A stretch of DNA of 64,000 nucleotides. Source: Anaerolineales bacterium (GTDB lineage: Bacteria > Chloroflexota > Anaerolineae > Anaerolineales > UBA4823). Positions 17,648 through 26,963 of the stretch are shown here, piece by piece. The notes under the pieces are model-generated. The model was not told the DNA's origin and did no database searches. It was given only the letters and a program-made list of their open reading frames with translations. Made by a program: the position numbers and the translations under genes. The stretch spans positions 24,028 to 88,027 of the forward strand of contig JANXBJ010000011.1 of NCBI GenBank assembly GCA_025057645.1, in the 5' to 3' direction. Position 1 is the first letter of the stretch, and every line of letters begins with the position of its first letter.

Positions 17648-18676
17648 ATGAAGCTGAGAACAGACGACTTTGATTACGAGCTCCCTCAAGAGTTAATTGC
17701 TCAAGTCCCTGCCGAGCCAAGAGACTCGGCAAGGCTGCTTGTTGCATTTCGAGAGACGCGCCAAGTAGAGCATACCGTGTTTCGGGAAATCGGCAGGTAT
17801 TTACAAGCGGGTGATCTCTTGGTTATCAATGAGACCCGGGTGATTCCGGCGCGTCTCTTCGCAACGAAGGCGCTTTCAGGGGGAAAGGTGGAGATTTTGC
17901 TCTTGAAAAAATTGGATGCGACAAGGTGGCAGGCGTTGGTTGGAGGCAAGCGTGTTCGAGAGGGCACAGAACTGTGGGTTGGAGGTCAACTTCGGGCGAA
18001 GGTTGTTGGGTCACTCGAAGGCGCGCAGCGTATTATACAGTTTGAAGAGCCTATTGAACCTCACTTAACTCGGCTTGGACACACTCCTTTGCCGCCGTAC
18101 ATCCACGGGCAAATCGAGAACGTAGCCGAGCGTTATCAAACCGTCTATGCCAAGGTAAACGGGTCAGCGGCGGCACCGACCGCTGGGCTGCATTTCACTC
18201 ATCGCTTGATCGAAGAGCTGGAAGCGATGGGCGTACGCCTTGCCCGGGTTGTTCTCCATATTGGGCTGGACACGTTTGCTCCGGTCACCGAGGATGATCC
18301 CACCCAACACCGAATGCACACGGAGTGGTGTCAGGTGCCCGAGGAGACTGTTCAATTAATCGAAGAGACATGGGCGAAGAAGAGGCGGGTGGTCGCCGTG
18401 GGAACAACGAGTGTGCGGGCGTTGGAGACAGCAGCGGTGCGCAGCCCCGGGGGAGAACTTCGGCCTTACACTGGGCTGACTGATTTGTATATTTTGCCGG
18501 GCTATACTTTCAAGGTGGTGCAAGGGCTGATTACTAATTTCCACCTGCCGCGCTCTACCTTGCTTATGCTGGTTTCAGCTTTCGCAGGGCGCGAGTGGGT
18601 GTTGTCCCTTTATCGGACGGCGGTTCAGATGCGTTACCGATTCTATTCGTTTGGGGACGCGATGTTGATTTTATGA
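17648..18676 (+). CDS. queA: S-adenosylmethionine:tRNA ribosyltransferase-isomerase
   Basis: 'FDYELPQELIAQ', 'LPPYI', 'AAPTAGLHFT', 'VGTTSVRALE', 'FYSFGDAMLI'. Confidence 0.92.
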   Translation: MKLRTDDFDYELPQELIAQVPAEPRDSARLLVAFRETRQVEHTVFREIGRYLQAGDLLVINETRVIPARLFATKALSGGKVEILLLKKLDATRWQALVGGKRVREGTELWVGGQLRAKVVGSLEGAQRIIQFEEPIEPHLTRLGHTPLPPYIHGQIENVAERYQTVYAKVNGSAAAPTAGLHFTHRLIEELEAMGVRLARVVLHIGLDTFAPVTEDDPTQHRMHTEWCQVPEETVQLIEETWAKKRRVVAVGTTSVRALETAAVRSPGGELRPYTGLTDLYILPGYTFKVVQGLITNFHLPRSTLLMLVSAFAGREWVLSLYRTAVQMRYRFYSFGDAMLIL

Positions 18677-19356
18677 GCCAGGTGGATTGGTGTGCTCTGG
18701 AAAAAGAAATTGTGGAGTGCCGGCGGTGCGAGCGCCTGGTTTCCTACCGTGAGACGGTGGCCAAATTGAAACGGCGTGCGTACCGGGACCAAATATACTG
18801 GGGAAAACCTGTGCCCGGCTTCGGGGATCGCAACGCTCAGGTTCTCATCGTAGGGCTTGCTCCGGGAGCACACGGGTCCAATCGTACGGGAAGAATGTTC
18901 ACGGGCGATGCGTCAGGGGATTTCCTCTACGGAGCGTTATATAGGGGTGGGTTTTCCAACCAACCCGATTCGATCCATCGGGGGGATGGGCTAGAATTGA
19001 AGAATGTCTATGTCAGTGCAGTGTGCCGATGTGCTCCTCCCGGGAATAAGCCGACATCCTCCGAAATCCACAGTTGTCTCCCCTACCTTTACCGAGAGAT
19101 TGAAATGCTATCCCAGTTACGCGTTGTGGTCGCTCTCGGGAGAACCGCATTTGAGGCGATGACTGCATATTTTGGCTTTTCGCCCAAGCCTCCCTTCGAA
19201 CACGGGGGCAGCTATCCAACCCCGAGAGATGGTTTGGTGTTGGTTGCCTCTTACCACCCCAGCCGCCAGAACACCCAAACCAGACGTTTGACTACAGAGA
19301 TGTTCGACCAAATCTGGTCGAACGTGAAATCGATTTTAGAAAGGGAAGAAACTTGA
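18673..19356 (+). CDS. Uracil-DNA glycosylase, family 4/5 (UdgB-like)
   Basis: 'CRRCERL' Fe-S Cys, 'GLAPGAHGSNRTGRMFTGDASG', 'SYHPSRQN'. ATGA overlap with the queA stop. Confidence 0.8.
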   Translation: MSQVDWCALEKEIVECRRCERLVSYRETVAKLKRRAYRDQIYWGKPVPGFGDRNAQVLIVGLAPGAHGSNRTGRMFTGDASGDFLYGALYRGGFSNQPDSIHRGDGLELKNVYVSAVCRCAPPGNKPTSSEIHSCLPYLYREIEMLSQLRVVVALGRTAFEAMTAYFGFSPKPPFEHGGSYPTPRDGLVLVASYHPSRQNTQTRRLTTEMFDQIWSNVKSILEREET

Positions 19357-20657
19357 GAGCAGTCGATATCATCGCTAAGAAACGCGATAAGCAAGAGCTC
19401 ACGGCGCAGGAAATCGAGTGGTTCATTCAAGGATTTACCCGGGGTGAGATCCCCGATTACCAGGTAGCGGCCTGGGCGATGGCTGTCGTCCTTAATGGGA
19501 TGACGAACGAGGAAACCGTTGCCCTTACTCTGGCTATGGCGCGTTCTGGGGAGATGCTGGACCTTAGTTTGGTTGCACCTACTGCGGTGGATAAGCACTC
19601 GACGGGCGGCGTAGGAGATAAAACCACCTTGGTTGTAGCTCCGCTGGTGGCCGCCTGTGGCTTGCCGGTGGGGAAAATTTCCGGTCGGGGGTTGGGATTT
19701 AGTGGAGGTACCCTGGACAAATTGGAGTCGATTCGGGGATTTCGGGCTAATTTGACCAGAGAACAATTTTTGCGTCAACTCGCCGAGGTCGGGGTGGTGG
19801 TGTGTGGCCAGACGGCAGATTTAGCTCCTGCTGACGGAAAGCTCTATGCGCTGCGCGATGTGACCGGAACGGTTCGGTCCATTCCCCTGATCGCCTCGTC
19901 AATTATGAGCAAGAAGATTGCCGCTGGTGCTCGGGCGATCGTGCTCGATGTGAAAGTGGGCTTAGGGGCCTTTATGAAGACCCTTGCAGAGGCCGAGGAG
20001 TTGGCTAAACTAATGGTTGAGATTGCGCGTCAAACTGAGCGCAAAGCGGTCGCCTATCTCTCGGATATGAACCAGCCCCTGGGCGTTGCTGTAGGGAACG
20101 CTCTAGAATTGCGCGAAGCGATAGATACCTTGCAAAATCGGGGGCCAAGGGACTTTGAGGAACATTGTCTAGAAATCGCCAGCCGAATGTTAGTCATCGG
20201 AGGACAAAGCTCCTCAATGGAAGCCGCTCGCCTCGTGGTTGAGCAGGCCCTTAGGAACGGCGCCGCTTGGCAGAAGTTTCTCGCTTGGATAGAGGCTCAA
20301 GGGGGAGACTTGGAGGTTGTTCTCGATCCCCAAAAGCTACCGAGGAGCGAAATTCAGCGAGAAATTTGTGCCCCTGTTTCGGGGTACGTCCATCGGATCG
20401 ACGCAGAAAAGGTGGGTACTGCAGCAGTTCTGCTAGGTGCGGGCAGGGCTAAGAAAGGGGATGCGGTGGATTACGGGGTCGGAATTGAGGTGCATCACAA
20501 GGTCGGCGAGGTTGTCCATAAAAGCGACCCCCTCTTTACGGTTCACGCTAACACAGAGGCAGATATTCAAAAAGTGGGGGATTTGCTTAGCGAGGCGGTG
20601 GTGATCCGGGAGGAGCCCGCAGAGCCCCCAGTCCATTTCTATGGGGTCATCGAGTGA
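19353..20657 (+). CDS. pdp: Pyrimidine-nucleoside (thymidine) phosphorylase
   Basis: 434 aa. 'DKHSTGGVGDKT', 'SGRGLGFSGGTLDKLES'. The TTG start overlaps the udg stop (TTGA). Confidence 0.88.
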   Translation: MRAVDIIAKKRDKQELTAQEIEWFIQGFTRGEIPDYQVAAWAMAVVLNGMTNEETVALTLAMARSGEMLDLSLVAPTAVDKHSTGGVGDKTTLVVAPLVAACGLPVGKISGRGLGFSGGTLDKLESIRGFRANLTREQFLRQLAEVGVVVCGQTADLAPADGKLYALRDVTGTVRSIPLIASSIMSKKIAAGARAIVLDVKVGLGAFMKTLAEAEELAKLMVEIARQTERKAVAYLSDMNQPLGVAVGNALELREAIDTLQNRGPRDFEEHCLEIASRMLVIGGQSSSMEAARLVVEQALRNGAAWQKFLAWIEAQGGDLEVVLDPQKLPRSEIQREICAPVSGYVHRIDAEKVGTAAVLLGAGRAKKGDAVDYGVGIEVHHKVGEVVHKSDPLFTVHANTEADIQKVGDLLSEAVVIREEPAEPPVHFYGVIE

Positions 20658-20666
20658 GGATTGCGG

Positions 20667-21242
20667 TTACTCGGGTGGGTCCATCGGGATCAGCCAAAAG
20701 GACTTCCCGTCACTTTCTGGAGTCCACCCTGTAAGCCCGTAGTCGGTTTCGACCATCCACATCAGCCAACCCCACGAGCACACGGGACCGCTAATGACCT
20801 GAAGGTGCTCTCCGGGTAGGGCATACCCGATGATATTGTGAGCACTGCTGATGTCAGGGGTGTTGCGAATTGCGTTCTTGCCACCCTCTAAGCTGACGTA
20901 GACATCAAAGCCAACCTGTACAATTGAAGGGCCACACCCTTCGATAGGGTAGTAAACGTAAAAGCCCATTTTGCGCAAGGCACGCTCTTCGGCCGGGTTA
21001 GGCGTAGGGGGGAGGGGAAGAAAAGTGGGCGTTGCAGTTGGGTAAATAACTGGGCTAGGTGTTTCCGTTGCGGTCGGAGGGGGTTCGAGAGTGACGATTT
21101 GAGTGATAACTTGGGTTACAATCACTGTTTGGGGTACTTCACGGATCACTTCGATCACTTGAGGGGTTGACGTAGTACAGGCAGCGAGCAAGAGGGTCGC
21201 GCCGAACAGAGAGAAAAGGCTTAAGGTTGCAATTGTCCTCAT
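20667..21242 (-). CDS. Lipoprotein with a Pro/Thr linker and an SH3b-like C-terminal domain
   Basis: 'MRTIATLSLFSLFGATLLLAAC' has a lipobox, with GGAG 6 nt upstream of this ATG. The C-terminus 'GEHLQVISGPV..WGWLMWMVETDYGLTGWT' is SH3b-like. The longest ORF would start at 21302. Confidence 0.55.
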   Translation of the reverse strand: MRTIATLSLFSLFGATLLLAACTTSTPQVIEVIREVPQTVIVTQVITQIVTLEPPPTATETPSPVIYPTATPTFLPLPPTPNPAEERALRKMGFYVYYPIEGCGPSIVQVGFDVYVSLEGGKNAIRNTPDISSAHNIIGYALPGEHLQVISGPVCSWGWLMWMVETDYGLTGWTPESDGKSFWLIPMDPPE

Positions 21243-21322
21243 AAGACACTCCGTTTTCATCGTAGCGCCGATCATACTCGCTCTATTCGTTCTGCGCAAC
21301 ACTAGGATGAGAAAGTTTTCAT

Positions 21323-22366
21323 CTACGAGGAGAGGAGATACGCTTCAAGAAGCTTTTGTGGGGAATACCTAAAAGCGTCAAGGGGTATCGTCCCTTGGAT
21401 CATTGCATTTAGTGTTTGCCAAAGGAAACGATTTGCCGGAGTAGGCAGATGGACCCGTTCTCCAAAGCGAACCACAGCTCCATTGAGAGCATCGACCTCG
21501 CTTTGTCTTTTTCCGGCTTTTAGGTCTAGATATAGGGAGGGCATCTTGTTGCCGCGTCCTTTTGCCACAAACCGGCCGAACAGCGGCCGGCTGAGCCAGA
21601 GAGGGAGACTCCGTATCGACCAGGCGAGGAGACGCACCGGGGTAGCGGGCAGGTCGGTCACGTAGATTTTATGGGCATTCATCACTGTGAGCGTTTCGCG
21701 GATTTGAAGCATTTCCAGTCGAAAGCTGGCAGGGTGAGATAGAACCGCACGAGGAGTCATGCCCAAGATCGCACACGAGGCGTTGACCAGTTGATTAGTA
21801 ATCAATTTCGACCATTTCATATCCGCTGCACGAGGATAGCCTTTGACACGGAAACCGGCCTGGCGGAAAACCTGAATTAATCTCCGGCTGAACTCGTTTT
21901 CAGTGGCAATACCGATGCCTCGTTCTTTTTCAACTACGATCTCCCCGGTTTCCTTCCGGCTGATAGCACTGGTTACAGTTCCGGCGATGACCCGCTCCTT
22001 TCCGAAGCAAGAGCGAAATTGGTCCTCGTTTTCTACCCCGTTTTGTAAGACCAGAATGGGGGGAAGGTGCTCTTTGAAGGGCTTCAGCGAGTCAATCAAA
22101 CTAGGGGTGTCATAAGCTTTGATGACCACGAGGATCAAATCAAAAACGTCGCACAGGAGAGCTTGATCCAAAGAAGAGGTCACTTCGATCGGCTGTATGT
22201 GGAGTAGCTTGCTGGCGTAGTGGATTGATAACCCCTTCTCCGCCAGGACTTGAGCCACCGCGGCTTTCCCTAAAAATACGACCCGCTGCCCGGCGAGCAT
22301 CAGGCGTCCGCCAAGGTAAGAGCCGAGGGCGCCGGCCCCAATAATAAGGATTTTCAGTTGGCTCAT
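21323..22366 (-). CDS. Ketopantoate reductase (ApbA/PanE) family oxidoreductase
   Basis: Rossmann motif 'ILIIGAGALGSYLGGRL'. C-terminus 'SLYLDLKAGKRQSEVDALNG' is typical of the PanE family. Confidence 0.75.
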   Translation of the reverse strand: MSQLKILIIGAGALGSYLGGRLMLAGQRVVFLGKAAVAQVLAEKGLSIHYASKLLHIQPIEVTSSLDQALLCDVFDLILVVIKAYDTPSLIDSLKPFKEHLPPILVLQNGVENEDQFRSCFGKERVIAGTVTSAISRKETGEIVVEKERGIGIATENEFSRRLIQVFRQAGFRVKGYPRAADMKWSKLITNQLVNASCAILGMTPRAVLSHPASFRLEMLQIRETLTVMNAHKIYVTDLPATPVRLLAWSIRSLPLWLSRPLFGRFVAKGRGNKMPSLYLDLKAGKRQSEVDALNGAVVRFGERVHLPTPANRFLWQTLNAMIQGTIPLDAFRYSPQKLLEAYLLSS

Positions 22367-23016
22367 GAGGAGGGCTGGCCTTCTGCGTTTTCGGTAAGGA
22401 TGGGTTGAACTAGCTCAGCTAGCAGCCAGTTGTGGGTTTCGGGGTAGAAGTGCAAGACGGCGTAACCTGTGTTCGTGAAGAGGAATTGTGCTCCATAGAA
22501 GTTCGGCTGGGGAAAGATACCCAAGGTTGCGTACATCACCATATTCAGGATGCCGCCGTGAGAGACCACCAAATACCGGCCCGGGCCGCACCGCAGGATC
22601 GACTCGATGGCTTGCCCCGCGCGCAGGAAAAGTTCCCATTGACTTTCGCCTGTTTTCCCGATCTTCTCGTAGAGGCTGATGAAGTCCGGACGGGGATAGA
22701 GCTTCTGGGCTTCTTCGGGGCGCAAACCGGAAAGCAGACCAGCGTCTCTTTCCATCCAAATCGGATCAAGTTCGAGCGGGACCGAAAGGGTTTCAGCGAG
22801 AATTTCCGCTGTCTGGCGTGCTCGAGAGAGTGGGCTACTGATGATTCGATCGAAATTTAGTCCCCTCGCTTTCAGGAGTGAGGCAAGGCGACGAGCTTGC
22901 TGTGTTCCTTTCTCTGAAAGAGGGAAGTCATACTGGCCTTGGTGATAACCGTTGGCGTTACCGGTTGACTCGCCGTGTCTGAGAAGATAAATCTGGTAAT
23001 AATTTATCGCTTCCAT
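22363..23016 (-). CDS. Histidine phosphatase (phosphoglycerate-mutase-like) family protein
   Basis: 'LLRHGESTGN' RHG motif and 'SPLSRARQTA'. ATGA overlap with the downstream gene. Confidence 0.8.
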   Translation of the reverse strand: MEAINYYQIYLLRHGESTGNANGYHQGQYDFPLSEKGTQQARRLASLLKARGLNFDRIISSPLSRARQTAEILAETLSVPLELDPIWMERDAGLLSGLRPEEAQKLYPRPDFISLYEKIGKTGESQWELFLRAGQAIESILRCGPGRYLVVSHGGILNMVMYATLGIFPQPNFYGAQFLFTNTGYAVLHFYPETHNWLLAELVQPILTENAEGQPSS

Positions 23017-23065
23017 GATCGTGCCTCAAGGAATGATCGTAGAGCAGGGCTTATTTATGGGAGGG

Positions 23066-24022
23066 CTAGCCGCTCCTGGTTGACTCCTCCCAATGGGGTA
23101 GGACGATCCTTCCCCATTCTCGGTAGCCATTGATCAGGTCAGGGCCTGAAATCGGTTTCTTGCCGCTCGGTTGAACCTTGACAAGCTCAAGGAGCCCCTC
23201 AGCCGTAGCAACGGCGGCTTTTTTCTGAAAGCACAGGGTCTGGCCCACTGGATACTCATGTTCAAAGGCGATTGGAAGGGCCTCGTGGATAATTAAGTGC
23301 TTGCCGTTGAGAAACGTGAAAGCTGAAGGCCAGGGATAAAAGGCGCGCACTTTTCGCCATAGGGAAACAGCCGATTGAGAAAAATCTAATTCGCCTTGTT
23401 CTTTTTTCAACATCGGGGCGTAAGTAGCCTGTTTGTGATCTTGCTCTCGAGGAGTGAGTTTACCGGTGAGGTAATCTGCTAGTGTCTCAGGTAAAAGTTC
23501 TGCGGCGATCTCCGCCAAGCGAATCGTTAGGGATAAAGTGTTGTCAGTGTCCAGGATAGGGACAGCTCTTTGACTGAGGATCGGTCCTGTATCAACTCCT
23601 TCGTCCATTTTCATAATCGTTATACCGGTTTCTTGATCTCCATGAAGAATGGCATAAGGAATCGGAGCTGCACCACGCCAGCGGGGAAGGAGCGAGGCGT
23701 GCACATTGACACACCCGTAAGGAGGCAAATTCAGCACAGGTGGCTTTAGGATTTGACCAAAGGCAGCGACCACGATGAGGTCGGGTCGCCATTGTTCTAG
23801 CTGACTCATTGCACTTGGCTCGGTTAGACGCTGAGGTTGAATGAAAGGAATGCCAAGCTTTACGGCTAGTTCTTTGACCGGGGGGGCGGTTAGGGTTCTG
23901 CCCCTGCCCGCTGGTCGGTCGGGTTGGGTGACCACCCCGACCACGTTATATTGCTCGGCGAGTCTTTGGAGAATAGGGACAGCGAAGTTGGGGGAGCCCA
24001 TAAAAACAATACGGGGAAACAT
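23066..24022 (-). CDS. fmt: Methionyl-tRNA formyltransferase
   Basis: 'IVFMGSPNFAVPIL', 'VVTQPDRPAGRG', 'NVHASLLPRWRGAAPI'. I chose the ATG at 24022 (MFPRIVF). Confidence 0.9.
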   Translation of the reverse strand: MFPRIVFMGSPNFAVPILQRLAEQYNVVGVVTQPDRPAGRGRTLTAPPVKELAVKLGIPFIQPQRLTEPSAMSQLEQWRPDLIVVAAFGQILKPPVLNLPPYGCVNVHASLLPRWRGAAPIPYAILHGDQETGITIMKMDEGVDTGPILSQRAVPILDTDNTLSLTIRLAEIAAELLPETLADYLTGKLTPREQDHKQATYAPMLKKEQGELDFSQSAVSLWRKVRAFYPWPSAFTFLNGKHLIIHEALPIAFEHEYPVGQTLCFQKKAAVATAEGLLELVKVQPSGKKPISGPDLINGYREWGRIVLPHWEESTRSG

Positions 24023-24196
24023 CCTCTCTGCACTCCATTTAACAGAGAATAATACCACGAATGAGGCAATGAGAGGTCTCATTTCCGAAATAAGAGCAAG
24101 TCCGGAATAAGAGCAAGGCAGCCGCTGAGCAACAAAGACCCCGGCGGTCTGCTTATGCCTCTAAGCGGACCGCCGGGTCTGTAAAAGTAGGTGGTG

Positions 24197-24282
24197 TGGG
24201 GCGGGTGGGAGTCGAACCCACAAGGAGTGTCACCTCCGGAGGATTTTAAGTCCCCTGCGTCTGCCAATTCCGCCACCGCCCC
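24197..24282 (-). tRNA. tRNA-Leu (anticodon UAA), long variable arm
   Basis: The reverse complement reads GGGGCGG-TG-GCGGAATTGGCAGACGC...GGGGA-CTTAAAA-TCCTC...GTGGGTTCGACTCCCAC-CCGCCCC-A. It has a 7-bp acceptor stem, a T-loop TTCGA and a class II variable arm. CCA is not encoded. Confidence 0.9.
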
Positions 24283-24314
24283 CTGTTCTGATTTTACTCG
24301 AAATATGGAATTGG

Positions 24315-24971
24315 TCAAGCGATTCTGGAGGATTTTTTCCACTGTGCGTAGCGAGAAAAAAGGTGAACCCAAGGTAAAGCTAGGCGGGTGTGTTTTTTCG
24401 AGTTTTGAAGCGCGGCGCGGAATTGTTCGGGCGTTTCAAAGTCCTCCATCAAGTGATACGCAGTGCCGATTTCTCCGGCCGTATGGGCGTCTGAGCCCAC
24501 CGTTCCGAGGAGCTTGTGCTGCGCAGCAAAGGCCGAAGCTTGGCGGTTGTAACGGTCGGATAGGCAGCGCGCATTGAAGACTTCGATAGCGTCTACTTCC
24601 CCGATGATCTTCTCCAGCTCGGTCTTCTGCCAATGTCCCTTGCGGAGTGGGTCAAACGGATGAGAAACACTGATGAACGCCCCCTGTTTGCGCAGTTCTG
24701 CAATAACGTGCTGAGCATCTAATCCGGGGGGGATCTCTTCCTGGACAAAAAAAGCGAGCAATTCTCCTTGGCGGGTTAAGATTTCTTCACCAATGATGAT
24801 TTGCCTAGGTGCAATTCTCTGAGCCAGGAGTGCATTGCGAATGGTGTTGTGATCGGTGATAGCGATCTTGTCGATCCGCTTGCGACGACAGGTCTCGAGT
24901 AATTGAGAGATGTTCAATAGACTGTCTGGGGAAGCATCGGTGTGGCAGTGAAGTTCGACCCGAATGGGCAT
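24315..24971 (-). CDS. PHP-domain metal-dependent phosphoesterase
   Basis: 'VELHCHTDASPDS', 'ITDHNT', 'SDAHT' PHP motifs. Confidence 0.75.
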   Translation of the reverse strand: MPIRVELHCHTDASPDSLLNISQLLETCRRKRIDKIAITDHNTIRNALLAQRIAPRQIIIGEEILTRQGELLAFFVQEEIPPGLDAQHVIAELRKQGAFISVSHPFDPLRKGHWQKTELEKIIGEVDAIEVFNARCLSDRYNRQASAFAAQHKLLGTVGSDAHTAGEIGTAYHLMEDFETPEQFRAALQNSKKHTRLALPWVHLFSRYAQWKKSSRIA

Positions 24972-25062
24972 TGTTGGGCTTCCAGCTCCCGCTTAGGAGT
25001 TAGGCTAAAACTTTCACACTGTCTCCCTTTTGACAGCGCGCTGCTATTATAATTGAGGTAAC

Positions 25063-26022
25063 ATGGTAAAGCAAAACAATTTTGAGTTCAGGTCAGATGG
25101 CCCGGTAGTGGTCATCGGTGCAGCAGGGGTGGACATCGTAGGCAGATTAGAAGGGGAATTGCATGAAGGATCGTCTAACCCGGCACGTATCCGCATAACC
25201 TACGGCGGGGTGGCGAGGAATGTGGCCGAGAACCTGGCCCGTCTAGGTCAAGCTGTTTTCTTGTTGACAGCAGTTGGGCAGGACGAATATGGGCAGCGCC
25301 TGGTGGAGAGCGCTCGAGCGGCGGGCGTGGATACAGAATACGTGATCTTCTGCGAGGACTGCTTAACAGGAATGTATATGGGGATATTGAATCCTAAAGC
25401 AGAGATTCTCTTTGCGCTGGATAGCATGGAGGTGACCCGTAATCTGACACCAGCCTACGTGCGCAAACATGCTCCGCTATTCAAAAAAGCCTCCTTCGTG
25501 TTCATTGACATGAATCTTCCCTCTGAAACAATTCGCACCGTGTTTTCACTGGCGAAGAGGTATCGAGTGCCGGTTTGTGCCGATCCAACTTCCATGTATC
25601 TAGCACCTCGCTTATTGCCCTACTTGGCACAGACCTTTCTGATCACCCCCAACTTCTCCGAGGCCTGCCTGTTAGCACAACAGCCTGAAAAACCACCTTC
25701 ACCTCCCCAGGCCTTGTTGATTGCAAAGGCGTTGGTCAGCCAAGGCGTCAGTGTGGTGATTATCACTCTAGCAGAGCAAGGGCTGTGCTATGCCTCTTCC
25801 GAGACCAATGGACATATTCCGGCGATCCAAACTGAAATCTTGGACCCGACCGGCGCTGGGGATGCCTTGACTGCAGCAGTTTTGTTTGCTTTACTCAACG
25901 AGATGCCGCTAGATGAAGCGGTGCGTTTAGGGGTTTCTGCGGCAACTTTGACGCTGCGTTACCCCGGTGCGGTTGTTCCGGACCTCACTCTTGAAAAACT
26001 TTACGATCAACTGGTGATTTAA
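25063..26022 (+). CDS. psuK: PfkB-family carbohydrate kinase, probably pseudouridine kinase
   Basis: 'GGVARNVA' and 'DPTGAGDALTAA' PfkB signatures. The stop overlaps the psuG start (TAATG). Confidence 0.7.
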   Translation: MVKQNNFEFRSDGPVVVIGAAGVDIVGRLEGELHEGSSNPARIRITYGGVARNVAENLARLGQAVFLLTAVGQDEYGQRLVESARAAGVDTEYVIFCEDCLTGMYMGILNPKAEILFALDSMEVTRNLTPAYVRKHAPLFKKASFVFIDMNLPSETIRTVFSLAKRYRVPVCADPTSMYLAPRLLPYLAQTFLITPNFSEACLLAQQPEKPPSPPQALLIAKALVSQGVSVVIITLAEQGLCYASSETNGHIPAIQTEILDPTGAGDALTAAVLFALLNEMPLDEAVRLGVSAATLTLRYPGAVVPDLTLEKLYDQLVI

Positions 26023-26963
26023 TGCAAGCGGATCTCCCGAGAGCCTTTCGCGTCTCTCGATCGGTGGCAGAAGCTCTGACAGCAGCGCGGCCGCTGGTGG
26101 CTTTGGAAACGACAGTGATCACCCATGGATTACCCTACCCGCAAAATCTTCAATTAGCCTGGGAAATTGAGGAACTCGTGCGGGACGAAGGGTGTACCCC
26201 GGTGACGATTGGTATTCTTGAGGGACAAGTTGTCTGTGGATTGACCAAGGAGGAACTGCACCACTTGGCAACGGCTCAAGAGTTGGCTAAGGTAAGCTTG
26301 CGCGATATCGCTCGATTGGTGGTGCAAAAAGGATGCGGTGGGACTACGGTAGCTGCAACAATGTGGATCGCCGAACGGCTCGGAATTCGGGTTTTCTCGA
26401 CAGGCGGGATCGGCGGTGTTCACCGCTATTCAGAGTCTCTGCGCCACGCCGATGTCTCGGCCGATCTTCAAGCCTTGGCTACAATCCCGGTGATCGTGGT
26501 CTGCTCCGGGGCGAAAGCAATTCTTGATCTCCCTGCTACCTTAGAAGTTCTAGAGACGTATTCGGTGCCCGTGCTCGGTTACCAGACCGAGTGCTTTCCG
26601 GCCTTTTATAGTAGCGGATGCGCCGAGCTCAAGGTGAGCGCGGTGGCTCACTCACCCCGAGAGGTGGTTGAATTTGCGCGCGTTCACTGGGGATTAGGAT
26701 TTCGCAGCGCTGTTCTCGTAGCCGTGCCCCCACCTGAGGCGGACGCGTTGCCTAGGGCGGAAATCGAAGCTCTGATCCAACAAGCAATTCGGGATGCGGA
26801 AGAGAGAGGAATCCACGGTCAGGCCGTCACCCCTTTTCTCTTGCAGCGGCTGAGTGAGTTATCTGGGGGTCAGAGCGTTCGCACGAACATCAGTTTGCTC
26901 AAAAACAACGCGCGAGTTGCTTCTCAGATCGCCTCGGCTCTGGCCGATAACGCTAACCGCTAG
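26022..26963 (+). CDS. psuG: Pseudouridine-5'-phosphate glycosidase
   Basis: 'ALETTVITHGLPYPQN', 'GGTTVAATM', 'FSTGGIGGVHR', 'VVCSGAKAILD'. Confidence 0.88.
   Translation: MQADLPRAFRVSRSVAEALTAARPLVALETTVITHGLPYPQNLQLAWEIEELVRDEGCTPVTIGILEGQVVCGLTKEELHHLATAQELAKVSLRDIARLVVQKGCGGTTVAATMWIAERLGIRVFSTGGIGGVHRYSESLRHADVSADLQALATIPVIVVCSGAKAILDLPATLEVLETYSVPVLGYQTECFPAFYSSGCAELKVSAVAHSPREVVEFARVHWGLGFRSAVLVAVPPPEADALPRAEIEALIQQAIRDAEERGIHGQAVTPFLLQRLSELSGGQSVRTNISLLKNNARVASQIASALADNANR

Noticed and set aside
19251-19778. 175-aa ORF on the minus strand overlapping the udg 3' end and the pdp 5' region
   Set aside because: It is antisense to well-supported udg/pdp coding sequence. Its composition is low-complexity and Arg/Ser/Gly-rich with no motifs. 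This is a typical shadow ORF in a moderately GC-rich genome.
24984-25062. TTGACA and TATAAT hexamers upstream of psuK
   Set aside because: The two hexamers are only 12 nt apart, which is incompatible with a standard sigma-70 promoter, and no better -35 sits at 16-18 nt.
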